DNA of 38,569 nucleotides, taken from the NCBI GenBank assembly GCA_964236225.1, contig CAXSES010000001.1, forward strand, positions 7,873-46,441. The letters are read 5' to 3'. Shown here one piece after another: positions 24,362 through 32,677 of this stretch (its first letter is position 1; every line of letters begins with the position of its first letter). The translations under genes were made by a program, and so were the position numbers. The notes under the pieces are model-generated. The model did not search any database. It saw nothing but the letters and a program-made list of their open reading frames with translations, and was not told the origin of the DNA. This DNA is from an uncultured Acetobacteraceae bacterium. Its GTDB lineage: Bacteria > Pseudomonadota > Alphaproteobacteria > Acetobacterales > Acetobacteraceae.

Positions 24362-26023
24362 CTACTCGGCGGGCGGCCCGGTTCGCGGCCGGCCTCGCGC
24401 TGCGTCGGAGGGATGGCCGGCAGAGGCGCGGCCGATGGGGGCGCGGCCGGTGGGGGCGTGGCTGGCGGGGGCGTGGCTGGCGGGGCAGGCCGCCGTCAGG
24501 CCGCGCTCGCGCGCCCAGACCACCGCGGCGCCGCGGCGGCGCACGCCGATCTTGCGGTAGAGCTTCGAGACGTGGTTGCGCACCGTGTTGCGGGCGATGC
24601 GCAGGGCCGCGGCGATCGCGGCGTCGTCCAGGCCGCGCGCCATCAGCCCCAGCACCTCGCGCTCCCGCGCCGAAAGGTCGCAGGGCTCCGCACCGGTGGC
24701 GCCCTCGCGGCCGGGCGCGGTGAGGCGGGCCATCTTCTCGACGATCTTCTGGCCGAGCCACGGGCCGTCGCGCATCACCGCCTCGATCGCCTCCATCAGC
24801 TCTGTCTCGGTGCGGCGGCGCTCGGCGATGTCCTGCATCACGCACAGCACGCAGCGTTCGCCGCCGATGGTCACGGTGTCGGCCGAAAGCAGGTGGCCGC
24901 GCTCCTCGCCCCCCTTGGCCCTGAGCGCCACGTCGACGCCGCGCAGCGTGCCGACCTCGCGGGCCTGTCGCTCGACGCTGCGCTGCGCCTCGCCGCCGCC
25001 CCACAGCCGCAGCTCCTCGGTGCTGCGTCCGCACGCCTGCGCCGGCGTCCAGCCGGTGGCGGCGCAGAACGCGTCGTTGACGCTGAGCACGCGCAGGCCG
25101 TCCAGCGCCACGACCAGCATCGGCGCCGGCGCCAGGTGGAACGCGGCGGCGAAGCGCTCCTCGCTCTGTCGCAGCGCCAGCTCGGCGCGGTGGCGCGGGT
25201 CGAGGTCGACGAAGGTGAACAGCATGCACGCGGTGTCGCCGACGCAGATCGGGTGGCCGGCCACAACCACCAGCTTGCGGCTGCCGTCGGCGGTGCGCAG
25301 GCACGCCTCCTGCTGCCGTATGGTCTTCCCCGCACGAAGATGGCTGATGGCGGCGTCGCGGTGGGCTGCGTCCTCCAGCACGTCCATCTCGTAGGTCGTG
25401 CGGCCGAGCACGGCGTCGCGGGCGTGGCCGGTCATCTCCAGGAAGCCGGCGTTGACCTTGACGTAGCGCAGGTCGGACAGCCGGCAGATCACCGCCGGCG
25501 CGGGGTTGGCGGCGAAGGTGTCCTCGAAGCGTTCCTCGGCGTCGACCTCCTCGGTGAGGTCGCGCAGCACCAGGGCCAGGCAGTCGGGGGCCAGGCAGTC
25601 GGGGGCCGTGCAGTCGGGGGTCGTGGAGTCGGGGGTCGTGGAGTCGGGGGCGCAGTCCGGGCCGGCGAGCCCGGGGCCGCCTGCGCGCGCGAGCGCCACG
25701 GCGTGGATGCGCCAGGTCCAGCGCGGGGCGCCGCCCGGCCGCTCCAGGGTCACGGTCAGGTGGCCGAACGCCTCGCCGCGGGCGAGCCGGTCGAGCGGCG
25801 CCTGCCCCGCCGCGGGCTGGCGCAGGGCGCGCATCGGGAAGCGGGCGCGGTACTCGTCGAGCGTGCGGCCGAGCCCGGAGCCGGCGCTCACGCCATGCAG
25901 CGCCAGCGCGGCCGGGTTGGCTGACAGAATCGCGCCACCGCGGGCGAGCAGGATCACCCCGTCGTCGAGGCCGGCCACGACCTGCCACAGCGGGTCCGAA
26001 GGATCAGGGGGATGCGCGCTCAT
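24362..26023 (-). CDS. PAS-domain sensor / LuxR-family HTH transcriptional regulator
   Basis: 553 aa, the 3' part of track ORF 24362..27754, starting at ATG 26023. It has two to three PAS-like blocks (e.g. ERFEDTFAANPAPAVICRLSDLRYVKVNAGFLEMTGHARDAVLG and ERFAAAFHLAPAPMLVVALDGLRVLSVNDAFCAATGW). The C-terminal LuxR HTH is LSAREREVLGLMARGLDDAAIAAALRIARNTVRNHVSKLYRKIG. Confidence 0.85.
   Translation of the reverse strand: MSAHPPDPSDPLWQVVAGLDDGVILLARGGAILSANPAALALHGVSAGSGLGRTLDEYRARFPMRALRQPAAGQAPLDRLARGEAFGHLTVTLERPGGAPRWTWRIHAVALARAGGPGLAGPDCAPDSTTPDSTTPDCTAPDCLAPDCLALVLRDLTEEVDAEERFEDTFAANPAPAVICRLSDLRYVKVNAGFLEMTGHARDAVLGRTTYEMDVLEDAAHRDAAISHLRAGKTIRQQEACLRTADGSRKLVVVAGHPICVGDTACMLFTFVDLDPRHRAELALRQSEERFAAAFHLAPAPMLVVALDGLRVLSVNDAFCAATGWTPAQACGRSTEELRLWGGGEAQRSVERQAREVGTLRGVDVALRAKGGEERGHLLSADTVTIGGERCVLCVMQDIAERRRTETELMEAIEAVMRDGPWLGQKIVEKMARLTAPGREGATGAEPCDLSAREREVLGLMARGLDDAAIAAALRIARNTVRNHVSKLYRKIGVRRRGAAVVWARERGLTAACPASHAPASHAPTGRAPIGRASAGHPSDAARGRPRTGPPAE
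24427..24486. repeat. 15-bp tandem repeat x4 inside the 3' end of the PAS-LuxR CDS
   Basis: Units GCGCGGCCGATGGGG, GCGCGGCCGGTGGGG, GCGTGGCTGGCGGGG, GCGTGGCTGGCGGGG. They encode PASHA-PASHA-PTGRA-PIGRA after the HTH. Confidence 0.85.
25576..25650. repeat. 15-bp tandem repeat x5 inside the PAS-LuxR CDS
   Basis: Units CCAGGCAGTCGGGGG x2, CCGTGCAGTCGGGGG, TCGTGGAGTCGGGGG x2. They encode the pentapeptide run PDSTT-PDSTT-PDCTA-PDCLA-PDCLA. Confidence 0.9.
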
Positions 26024-26073
26024 GCGGCAACAGAGTAGCGCATCCGGCGCGGGTGCCCAGCCTCGGCGGGCAG

Positions 26074-26125
26074 GCAAGGCCGAGGCTCCGCCTCCAACCC
26101 CGCCAAAGACAGGCGCTTGGAGTCC
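26074..26125. repeat. Half-copy of the mosaic repeat, inverted orientation (R7)
   Basis: GCAAGGCCGAGGCTCCGCCTCCAACCCCGCCAAAGACAGGCGCTTGGAGTCC aligns with the reverse complement of the R4/R6 right half. Confidence 0.6.
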
Positions 26126-26401
26126 GCTTCCCAAGTCGAGGGTTTCCAGAGGGCTCGGCCCTTGCGGGTTGAGGCGTAGCTGCCGAAGGTCCCGACGATC
26201 CGCTTGGATCGTTGGAACGGCAGCGGAGGGAGAGCCCGAGCTTGATTGCCGGGCATCGGCTTCGGTGCGGGATGACAGGTTTGTGTGCGCCTCCGGCCGT
26301 TCCGTCCGGCTGCGGAAAAATCCGCGCGCGGTGCCCGGCGTTGCATGGCGCAGGTGTCGTGGCCCCGCCCGGGGCCGCGCCGGGCAGGGAAGAACCGACC
26401 G

Positions 26402-27748
26402 ATGGCCAACACGCCGACGCTCAAGCCGCTGGACCAGCAGACCGTCGTGATCACCGGCGCCACCTCCGGCATCGGCCTGGCGACCGCGCGCATGGCCGCC
26501 GCGCGCGGGGCGAGGGTGGTCCTGGCGGCGCGCAGCGGGGACGCGCTGGACCAGCTCGTGGCGGAGATCACCCGGGCGGGCGGGCGGGCGATCGCCGTGG
26601 TTGCCGATGTCGGGCAGGAGGCGGAGGTGCAGGCGATCGCCGACCGGGCGGTCGCCGAGTGCGGCGGCTTCGACACCTGGGTGAACAACGCCGGGGTCGG
26701 GATGTACGGCAGGGTCGCCACCGGCGAGGTGGAGGCGATGCGCCACGTGTTCGAGACCAACTTCTGGGGGCTGGTGTACGGCTCGCGGGTGGCGGCGAGC
26801 CACCTGAGGCAGCGGGGCGGTGCGATCGTCAACCTGGGCAGCGAGGTGTCGGAGCGCGCGGTGCCGCTGCAGGGCATCTATTCCGCGTCCAAGCACGCCA
26901 TCAAAGGCTTCACCGAGGCGCTGCGCATGGAGCTGGAGGACGAGGGCGCGCCGGTCTCGGTGAGTCTCGTCAAGCCTGGGCAGATCGACACGCCGTTCAC
27001 CGTCAACGCGAAGAACGAGCTGGGGTCCGAGCCGCATCACGTGCCGCCCGTCTATTCCGCCGACGTGGTGGCCAAGGCGATCCTGTTCTGCGCCTGCACT
27101 CCTAGGAAGGAGATTTTCGCGGGTGGCGGCGGGCAGGTGATGGCGGCGCTCGGCCACCTGGCGCCGGGGCTCGTGGACAGGGTGATGGAGGCGTTCGTGA
27201 TCCCGGGCACGCCGAGCGGGCGCACGCCGCGGCGCGGCGACACGCGCAACGGGCTGGAGCATCCCACCGAGGCCCTGGAGCAGCGCGGCAACTACGAGGG
27301 GCACGTGATGGGCACCAGCCTGTCCACCGAGGCGGCGATGCACCCGGTGCTGGCGGCGGCGGGCGCGCTGGGGCTGGGGTTCGCGTTCTACCGCACGCTG
27401 TTCTCCGGGTCGCACCGGCCGGCGCAGCTCGGCGGGCGGCGCGGGCGGGCGGGGGAGAAGGCGCTGCACATCCGGCTGGAGGCGCGCCGGGGCAAGGAGC
27501 GGGAGCTGGAGGCCCTGGTGCGGGGCATCCGCGCCGAGGTGGAGCGCGAGCCGGGCACGCGGCCGTGGTTCGGGGCGCAGCTCAGCCGGTCCGTGTACGA
27601 GATCTTCGAGACGTTCCCGAACGAGGCGGCGCGGCGCGCGCACCTCGCGGGCAGGGGGGCGGCGCTGCTGATGCGGAAGTCGAACGCGGTGCTGGCGAGG
27701 CCGGCGCGGATCGACAGGCTCGACGTGGTGACGACGAAGCGGGCCTGA
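26402..27748 (+). CDS. Short-chain dehydrogenase/reductase fused to a TM segment and a C-terminal ABM (antibiotic-biosynthesis-monooxygenase-like) domain
   Basis: Start ATG 26402 (MANTPTLKPLDQQTVVITGATSGIGLATA). SDR motifs TGATSGIG, NNAG and YSASK. Hydrophobic segment HPVLAAAGALGLGFAFY. The last roughly 95 aa (ALHIRLEARRGKERELEALVRGIRAEVEREPGTRPWFGAQLSRSVYEIFETFPNEAARRAHL) look like an ABM ferredoxin-like fold. Confidence 0.8.
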   Translation: MANTPTLKPLDQQTVVITGATSGIGLATARMAAARGARVVLAARSGDALDQLVAEITRAGGRAIAVVADVGQEAEVQAIADRAVAECGGFDTWVNNAGVGMYGRVATGEVEAMRHVFETNFWGLVYGSRVAASHLRQRGGAIVNLGSEVSERAVPLQGIYSASKHAIKGFTEALRMELEDEGAPVSVSLVKPGQIDTPFTVNAKNELGSEPHHVPPVYSADVVAKAILFCACTPRKEIFAGGGGQVMAALGHLAPGLVDRVMEAFVIPGTPSGRTPRRGDTRNGLEHPTEALEQRGNYEGHVMGTSLSTEAAMHPVLAAAGALGLGFAFYRTLFSGSHRPAQLGGRRGRAGEKALHIRLEARRGKERELEALVRGIRAEVEREPGTRPWFGAQLSRSVYEIFETFPNEAARRAHLAGRGAALLMRKSNAVLARPARIDRLDVVTTKRA

Positions 27749-27750
27749 AA

Positions 27751-27894
27751 GCAAGGCCAGGGGCTCTGCCTCCTCCCTGCCTGGAAGCGGGGACCCCGCC
27801 AGGGCGAGCCGCCCTGGACCGGCCTCCGAAAGCCTTTCGGATGCGGGTCTGGGGGCGCTGCCCCCAGCGGGTCCAGGGCAGAGCCCTGGCCTTT
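27751..27894. repeat. Mosaic multi-hairpin repeat R8 (SDR-ADH spacer)
   Basis: It starts 2 nt after the SDR stop. GCAAGGCCAGGGGCTCTGCC, an insert, then GGGGACCCCGCC, CCAGGGCGAGCCGCCCTGG, CCGAAAGCCTTTCGG and GGTCCAGGGCAGAGCCCTGGCCTTT. Confidence 0.85.
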
Positions 27895-27932
27895 CTTCTT
27901 TTCGGCTGAACCAACTCCAAGGGGACTACGAC

Positions 27933-29105
27933 ATGAAGGCACTTTGCTGGCACGGCCGGGGCGACATCCGCTGCGACACGGTGCCCGATCCCATGATCGA
28001 GGACGCGCGCGACATCATCCTCAAGGTTACGGCGTGCGCGATCTGCGGCTCGGACCTGCACCTGATGGACGGGCAGATGCCGACGATGGAGAGCGGCGAC
28101 ATCCTGGGCCACGAGTTCATGGGCGAGGTGGTCGATACCGGCTCGGGCATCAGCAAGTTCAAGAAGGGCGACCGGGTGGTCGTGCCGTTCAACATCAATT
28201 GCGGCGAGTGCCGCATGTGCAAGCTGGGCAACTGGTCGTGCTGCCTCCGCTCCAACCGCAACGGCGAGATGGCGGCCAAGATGTTCGGCTACCCGACGGC
28301 GGGGCTGTTCGGCTACGCCCACATCACCGGCGGCTACGCGGGCGGCCAGGCCGAGTACGTGCGCGTGCCGATGGCGGACGTGGCGCCGATGAAGGTGCCC
28401 GAGGGCATGGACGACGAGCACGCGCTGTTCCTGACCGACATCCTGCCGACGGGCTGGCAGGCGATCGACCATTGCGACCTGCAGGGCGGCGAGATCGTGG
28501 CGATCTGGGGCGCGGGCCCGGTCGGGCTGTTCGCGATCAGGTCGGCGGTGATCAAGGGCGCGGAGCGGGTCATCGCCATCGAGAGCGCGCCGGAACGGAT
28601 CGCGCTGGCGCGGCAGGCGGGAGCCACGGACGTCATCGACTTCGAGGCCGAGGACGTGATGGAGCGGCTGAAGGAGATCAGCGGCGGCCAGGGTCCGGAC
28701 TGCGTGGTGGACTGCGTCGGCATGGAGTCGGTGGCGGGGCACGGCATGTTCAGCGTGGTCAGCGCGGTCCAGGAGAAGCTGACCGGCAACCAGCGGCCGT
28801 ACGCGCTGGAGCAGATGATCCAGGCGGTGCGTTCGTGCGGCATCGTGTCGGTCCCCGGCGTCTATGCCGGGCCGATCCCGATCAACATGGGCGCCGTCGT
28901 GCAGAAGGGCCTGACCATCAAGAGCGGGCAGACCCACGTGAAGCGCTACCTGGAGCCGTTGGCGAAGCTGATCCAGGACGGGACGATCGACCCGACGTTC
29001 CTGATCACCCACCGTTCCACGAAGCTGGAGGACGGGCCGGAGCTGTACAAGACCTTCCGCGACAAGAAGGACAACTGCGTCAAGGTCGTGTTCCACCCGA
29101 ACTGA
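27933..29105 (+). CDS. Zinc-dependent alcohol dehydrogenase family oxidoreductase (formaldehyde-dehydrogenase-like)
   Basis: 390 aa. Catalytic and structural zinc motifs CAICGSDLH, GHEFMG and CGECRMCKLGNWSCC. Rossmann motif IWGAGPVGL. Confidence 0.9.
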   Translation: MKALCWHGRGDIRCDTVPDPMIEDARDIILKVTACAICGSDLHLMDGQMPTMESGDILGHEFMGEVVDTGSGISKFKKGDRVVVPFNINCGECRMCKLGNWSCCLRSNRNGEMAAKMFGYPTAGLFGYAHITGGYAGGQAEYVRVPMADVAPMKVPEGMDDEHALFLTDILPTGWQAIDHCDLQGGEIVAIWGAGPVGLFAIRSAVIKGAERVIAIESAPERIALARQAGATDVIDFEAEDVMERLKEISGGQGPDCVVDCVGMESVAGHGMFSVVSAVQEKLTGNQRPYALEQMIQAVRSCGIVSVPGVYAGPIPINMGAVVQKGLTIKSGQTHVKRYLEPLAKLIQDGTIDPTFLITHRSTKLEDGPELYKTFRDKKDNCVKVVFHPN

Positions 29106-29193
29106 GCACACCTGGGCAGGCCGGGCGTCGCCGCGGCCGGGCCATGTCTCCGGGATTGCGGCAGCAGACAGCGCGCCCGGAGCAGGCGGGATC

Positions 29194-29238
29194 GGGCTCC
29201 GCTCGGACCCGCCAGAGGCTTGAGGCTTTAGGAGTCCC
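29194..29238. repeat. Degenerate fragment of the mosaic repeat (R12)
   Basis: GGGCTCCGCTCGGACCCGCCAGAGGCTTGAGGCTTTAGGAGTCC resembles GGGCTCTGCCCGGACCCGCCAGGGG...GGATTCC, but the stems are broken. Confidence 0.3.
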
Positions 29239-30133
29239 TTTCCCCGGACAGGGAACTCTCACGGTCAAGTCTAAGCGACGTCCAGGCGCAGGCCTTCTGG
29301 CCTCGCCTGCCCGCGTCTCTTGAGTTGTTCGACTGCCGCTGGCGTGACGTGCCGGCCGTCGCCACGCTGCGACGTTGTTCCTGAACCCCTGTCTGGAACC
29401 GCGACCGTGGCGCTTCCATGCCCGGTTGTCGCGGGCTCGCCGTCGATGGTCCCGCTGAGCCGGCTGATGACGATGCTGTGCCCGCATCGCGCGACGAGGC
29501 TGTGCCCTCCACGCATTTCGCGCTCCCCGAACCTGCCGCGAGTGCCGGTATGGTTGACGCCTGCGACTTCTGAAGGTGGTGAGAACGCGCGCCACCCATT
29601 GGGACTGCTGGTGCTGATGACAACGGACGCGGTCCTGGCCGATCCGCCTTCGTCCGGCTCCGTCTTCAGCCTATGGCCGGCTGCAACGGGCAAGGTGGTC
29701 GAGATGCTCGCACGATCGGCAAGTCCCGAGGCCTTGGCGCGCTGGGCCGCGCGCGTTTCCCGGCGTTAACGGTGCCTTCAGGCGGCACGGCGCACGGGCG
29801 TCGCTGAACGGACCGCCGGCTTCCGTGCCCGTGCACGTCATCGCAATCGGGGCGGACGACGCCGCCGCGCATCTACATGGACACCTTCGACGTAGTGGGC
29901 GCAACGAGGACGAGGTACCCCCGTGTTCACGACGTACGCTGGTCCCGGATCAACAGTCGGAGCACGCCGGATGAAAGGCGGATGGCGGTCGCGTTGGGCA
30001 GGCAACGGTCTGTGCAACGCTTGTCATCATCCTAGATGGTGTCCCACGGTAGGAGCGCGGCGTATAACTCTTGTGACACTTTTGTCGCGAAAAAAAATCT
30101 GGCTGGGCAGGAGTATCGTTTTCAGGAATTTCC

Positions 30134-30163
30134 TTGTTGCTGCCCAGCGGCAAAATCGATAAT
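30134..30163 (+). promoter_or_regulatory. Candidate sigma70-type promoter for the aminotransferase gene
   Basis: TTGTTG (30134-30139), an 18-nt spacer, then GATAAT (30158-30163), in the only AT-rich tract of the window and about 80 nt upstream of ATG 30242. It is flanked by the 9-bp inverted repeat GCTGGGCAG/CTGCCCAGC, which encloses the AGGAATTTCCT palindrome. Confidence 0.3.
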
Positions 30164-30241
30164 AATGGGAAATTCTCGCAGGATGGGACGATCAAGCGGG
30201 AGTTAAGCCTTGTGCGGCCTTATGACACCCCAGGAAAAGCC

Positions 30242-31462
30242 ATGAAGATCCCGTTCCTGCAGCCCAACCCCAGCCGCCTGAGCCAGCTCGGCGCCGAGCT
30301 GGCGCGGATCGAGGAGAGCGGGGTGTTCTCCAACTACGGGCCGGTCAACACCCGCTTCGAAGGCGCGCTCACCGACGCGCTGTTCGGCGGCGTCGGCGGC
30401 TGCGTCACTGTGTGCAACGCCACCATCGGCCTGATGCTGGCGATCCGGCACGCCGTGGACGCCGCTGGAAGCCGACCGACGCCTGGCCAGGGCGCCACCA
30501 CGCGCCGCCGCTACGTGCTGATGCCCTCGTTCACCTTCGCCGCCACCGCCCATGCCGCGCTGTGGAACGGCCTGACGCCGCTGCTGTGCGACATCGACGC
30601 CGACACCTGGCTGCCCTGCCACGCCGCAGAGGACGCCCTGCTCGCCCAGTACGAAGGCCAGATCGCGGCGATCGTGCCCTACGCCACCTTCGGCAACTGC
30701 CTCGACATGGACCGCTACGACCGCATCAGCGAGCGGCATGACGTGCCGGTGGTGGTCGATGCGGCGGCGTCGCTGGGGTCGCTGGACGCGCTGGGGCGGG
30801 GCTTCGGCACGGGGTCGCGGCACTCCGTGGTGTTCTCGATGCATGCCACCAAGACCTTCGCCGTGGCGGAGGGCGGGGTGATCTACAACGCCGACCCCGA
30901 CGCGCTCGCGGCGATCAGGGCGATGGGCAATTTCGGCTTCACCGAGCCCAGGATGGCGCGGCTGCCCGGGCTGAACTCGAAGCTCGGCGAAGTCACCGCG
31001 TTGCAGGCGCTGGCCAAGCTCGCGGAGTTCCCCTCCGTGGTGACGCACCGCATCGCGCTGGCGGAGCAGTATGTGCGATCGCTGCCCGGCTGGACGTTCC
31101 AGAAGATGGTGGGCCAGCGCCATGCCCACCAGTTCATGCCGATGCTGATCCCTGCCTCCTATCCCGGGACACGGGCGGCATTCCTCGACGAGCTGCGCCA
31201 TCACGGGGTCGGAGCGGCGACGTATTTCTCGCCCCACCTGATAGAGCAGCCGTATTTCCGCGATACCTGCGTGGCAGGGGATCTGCAGACCACCGAGCGC
31301 ATCTCCTCACGTATCGTGGCGCTGCCGATGTCGGACGCGCTGACGTGCGAGCATGTGACGCTGATCTGCGACCTGCTGCGCGAGCTGGCGCCGATGACGC
31401 CGCCGAACTGGGCTGCCGCAGACATGCTCGCAACCATCGCGGCGCTCAGCGCGGGAGACTAG
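30242..31462 (+). CDS. DegT/DnrJ/EryC1/StrS family PLP-dependent aminotransferase
   Basis: 406 aa from ATG 30242 (AGGA 7 nt upstream). N-terminus MKIPFLQPNPSRL...SGVFSNYGPVNTRFE, CNATIGLMLA, and the PLP-lysine context VVFSMHATKTFAVAEGGV, all typical of sugar aminotransferases. Confidence 0.85.
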   Translation: MKIPFLQPNPSRLSQLGAELARIEESGVFSNYGPVNTRFEGALTDALFGGVGGCVTVCNATIGLMLAIRHAVDAAGSRPTPGQGATTRRRYVLMPSFTFAATAHAALWNGLTPLLCDIDADTWLPCHAAEDALLAQYEGQIAAIVPYATFGNCLDMDRYDRISERHDVPVVVDAAASLGSLDALGRGFGTGSRHSVVFSMHATKTFAVAEGGVIYNADPDALAAIRAMGNFGFTEPRMARLPGLNSKLGEVTALQALAKLAEFPSVVTHRIALAEQYVRSLPGWTFQKMVGQRHAHQFMPMLIPASYPGTRAAFLDELRHHGVGAATYFSPHLIEQPYFRDTCVAGDLQTTERISSRIVALPMSDALTCEHVTLICDLLRELAPMTPPNWAAADMLATIAALSAGD

Positions 31463-31502
31463 GGCATGGCCGGTGCCTGCGGCACGCGGCATCGGCCCGC
31501 CA

Positions 31503-31645
31503 GCAAGGCGGGCCGGGCTCTGTCCGCATCCCCGATAGTTTCCCACTTCTCAAGCGTGGAAGACATGCAAGCCACCACCCCGGGATGTGGCTTGCACAGG
31601 CTTCGTCAGTGGTCGCGTCCGGAGGCGAAGCTCCTGGCCTTGCCT
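31503..31645. repeat. Degenerate mosaic-repeat ends flanking an unrelated centre (R11)
   Basis: Left end GCAAGGCGGGCCGGGCTCTGTCCGC and right end GAAGCTCCTGGCCTTGCC resemble the family termini. The interior is not family-like. Confidence 0.3.
31566..31596. terminator. 10-bp perfect inverted repeat between convergent genes (candidate bidirectional terminator)
   Basis: TGCAAGCCAC-N11-GTGGCTTGCA, lying between the aminotransferase stop (31462) and the methyltransferase stop (31649). No U-tract. Confidence 0.35.
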
Positions 31646-31648
31646 GCC

Positions 31649-32458
31649 TCAGGCCGCCACCGGCCGCCGCCCGGACATGAACAAATGCTTGCCGGCGTCG
31701 ATCATCAGGGGATTGTCGGACAGCACGCGCTCCATCGCGAGGAAGCCGGCCTCGTCCTCCTGCATCGCCTTCGTGCAGCCGACGCTGCCGATCGTGGAGG
31801 CGTTGACCAGCAGGCCGTGGCCGGACACTGCCTCCAGCCCGGCGGCAAGGAAGTCGCGGCGCAGCTCGGCGTGGTCATACAGGTGAACGTCGGCCTCCAC
31901 GCCGTCCACCGCCCACACGCCTCGTCCGGTGCGCAGCCGGAGCAACGCCTCCTCGCGGCGGTCGAGGCGCAACAGTTCGAGCACCAGCGCCAGGCGGGAA
32001 TCCACGTAGACGCAGACATGCCCGCCCGGGCGCACCCACTCCGCGAGGCGGCCGATCGTCGCCGCGGGGTTCGAGGTGAACTGCGTCGAGCCCATCGCCA
32101 CCACCAGGTCGGCGCTCGCGGGCGCGATGCGCGCGGTCTCCATGCTCTCCGGCACCAGGGTGAAGGCATCGCCCAGGGCGCGCGCGGCGATCACCTCGCG
32201 CATGCCCGGCGCCTGTTCGATCCCCACCACGCGGTGGCCGAGGGCGAGGAACTTCTCGACCCAGCGCCCGGTGCCGCAGCCGGCGTCGATCACCGTGCCG
32301 GGCGAGGCTGGCAGGAAGCCGAGCACGCGCTCCCACGCCAGCACGTCGTAGGCCTTGCGATGGCCGGGCACGGCGTAGGACGCGTCATAGCCACCGGCCA
32401 GGGCATCGTAGAGGGAGTTCGGGCTGCGGTGCCGTGCGGGCTGTGGCACGTCGGGCAT
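31649..32458 (-). CDS. Class I SAM-dependent methyltransferase
   Basis: Motif I VIDAGCGTGRWVEKF, followed by VVGIEQAPGM and GGHVCVYV. Start at ATG 32458 (AAGGAG 6 nt upstream). ATG 32464 is the alternative. Confidence 0.85.
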   Translation of the reverse strand: MPDVPQPARHRSPNSLYDALAGGYDASYAVPGHRKAYDVLAWERVLGFLPASPGTVIDAGCGTGRWVEKFLALGHRVVGIEQAPGMREVIAARALGDAFTLVPESMETARIAPASADLVVAMGSTQFTSNPAATIGRLAEWVRPGGHVCVYVDSRLALVLELLRLDRREEALLRLRTGRGVWAVDGVEADVHLYDHAELRRDFLAAGLEAVSGHGLLVNASTIGSVGCTKAMQEDEAGFLAMERVLSDNPLMIDAGKHLFMSGRRPVAA

Positions 32459-32677
32459 AGGCATCTCCTTGGATTCCCGGTGGCATGATGTCCGGAACGG
32501 GTCAGCGTGCCAGTTCCATGATGGATCGTCAGGCGACATCTTGCCCGCACGATCTATGGAAAGCGTTAAAGTTTCGGGTCCATAGCTGGAAACAAGGGCA
32601 TATCACCCGCAAGCGGGGCCCAGGATGACGGGCAAGGCTGCGTGCGGGCTGCGATGCTGGCAAGATCAGGCGGAGTG

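Noticed and set aside
24427-25650. Possibility that the 15-bp tandem arrays are a CRISPR-like array
   Set aside because: The units are contiguous with no spacers, only 15 bp long, in frame inside a CDS, and no cas genes are present.
26024-27754. Upstream 577 codons of the 1130-aa minus-strand ORF 24362..27754
   Set aside because: This part is antisense to the well-supported SDR gene (26402..27748) and is Arg/Pro/His-rich with no domain-like motifs. Only the 3' 553 codons, starting at ATG 26023, form a coherent PAS-LuxR protein.
29320-29769. 149-aa plus-strand ORF, and the overlapping minus ORFs at 29080..29693, as real genes
   Set aside because: The translations are Pro/Ser/Arg-rich with no recognisable motif, no Shine-Dalgarno-supported start, and only modest third-position GC. 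The region is kept as a finding (possible pseudogene or ncRNA) rather than annotated as a CDS.
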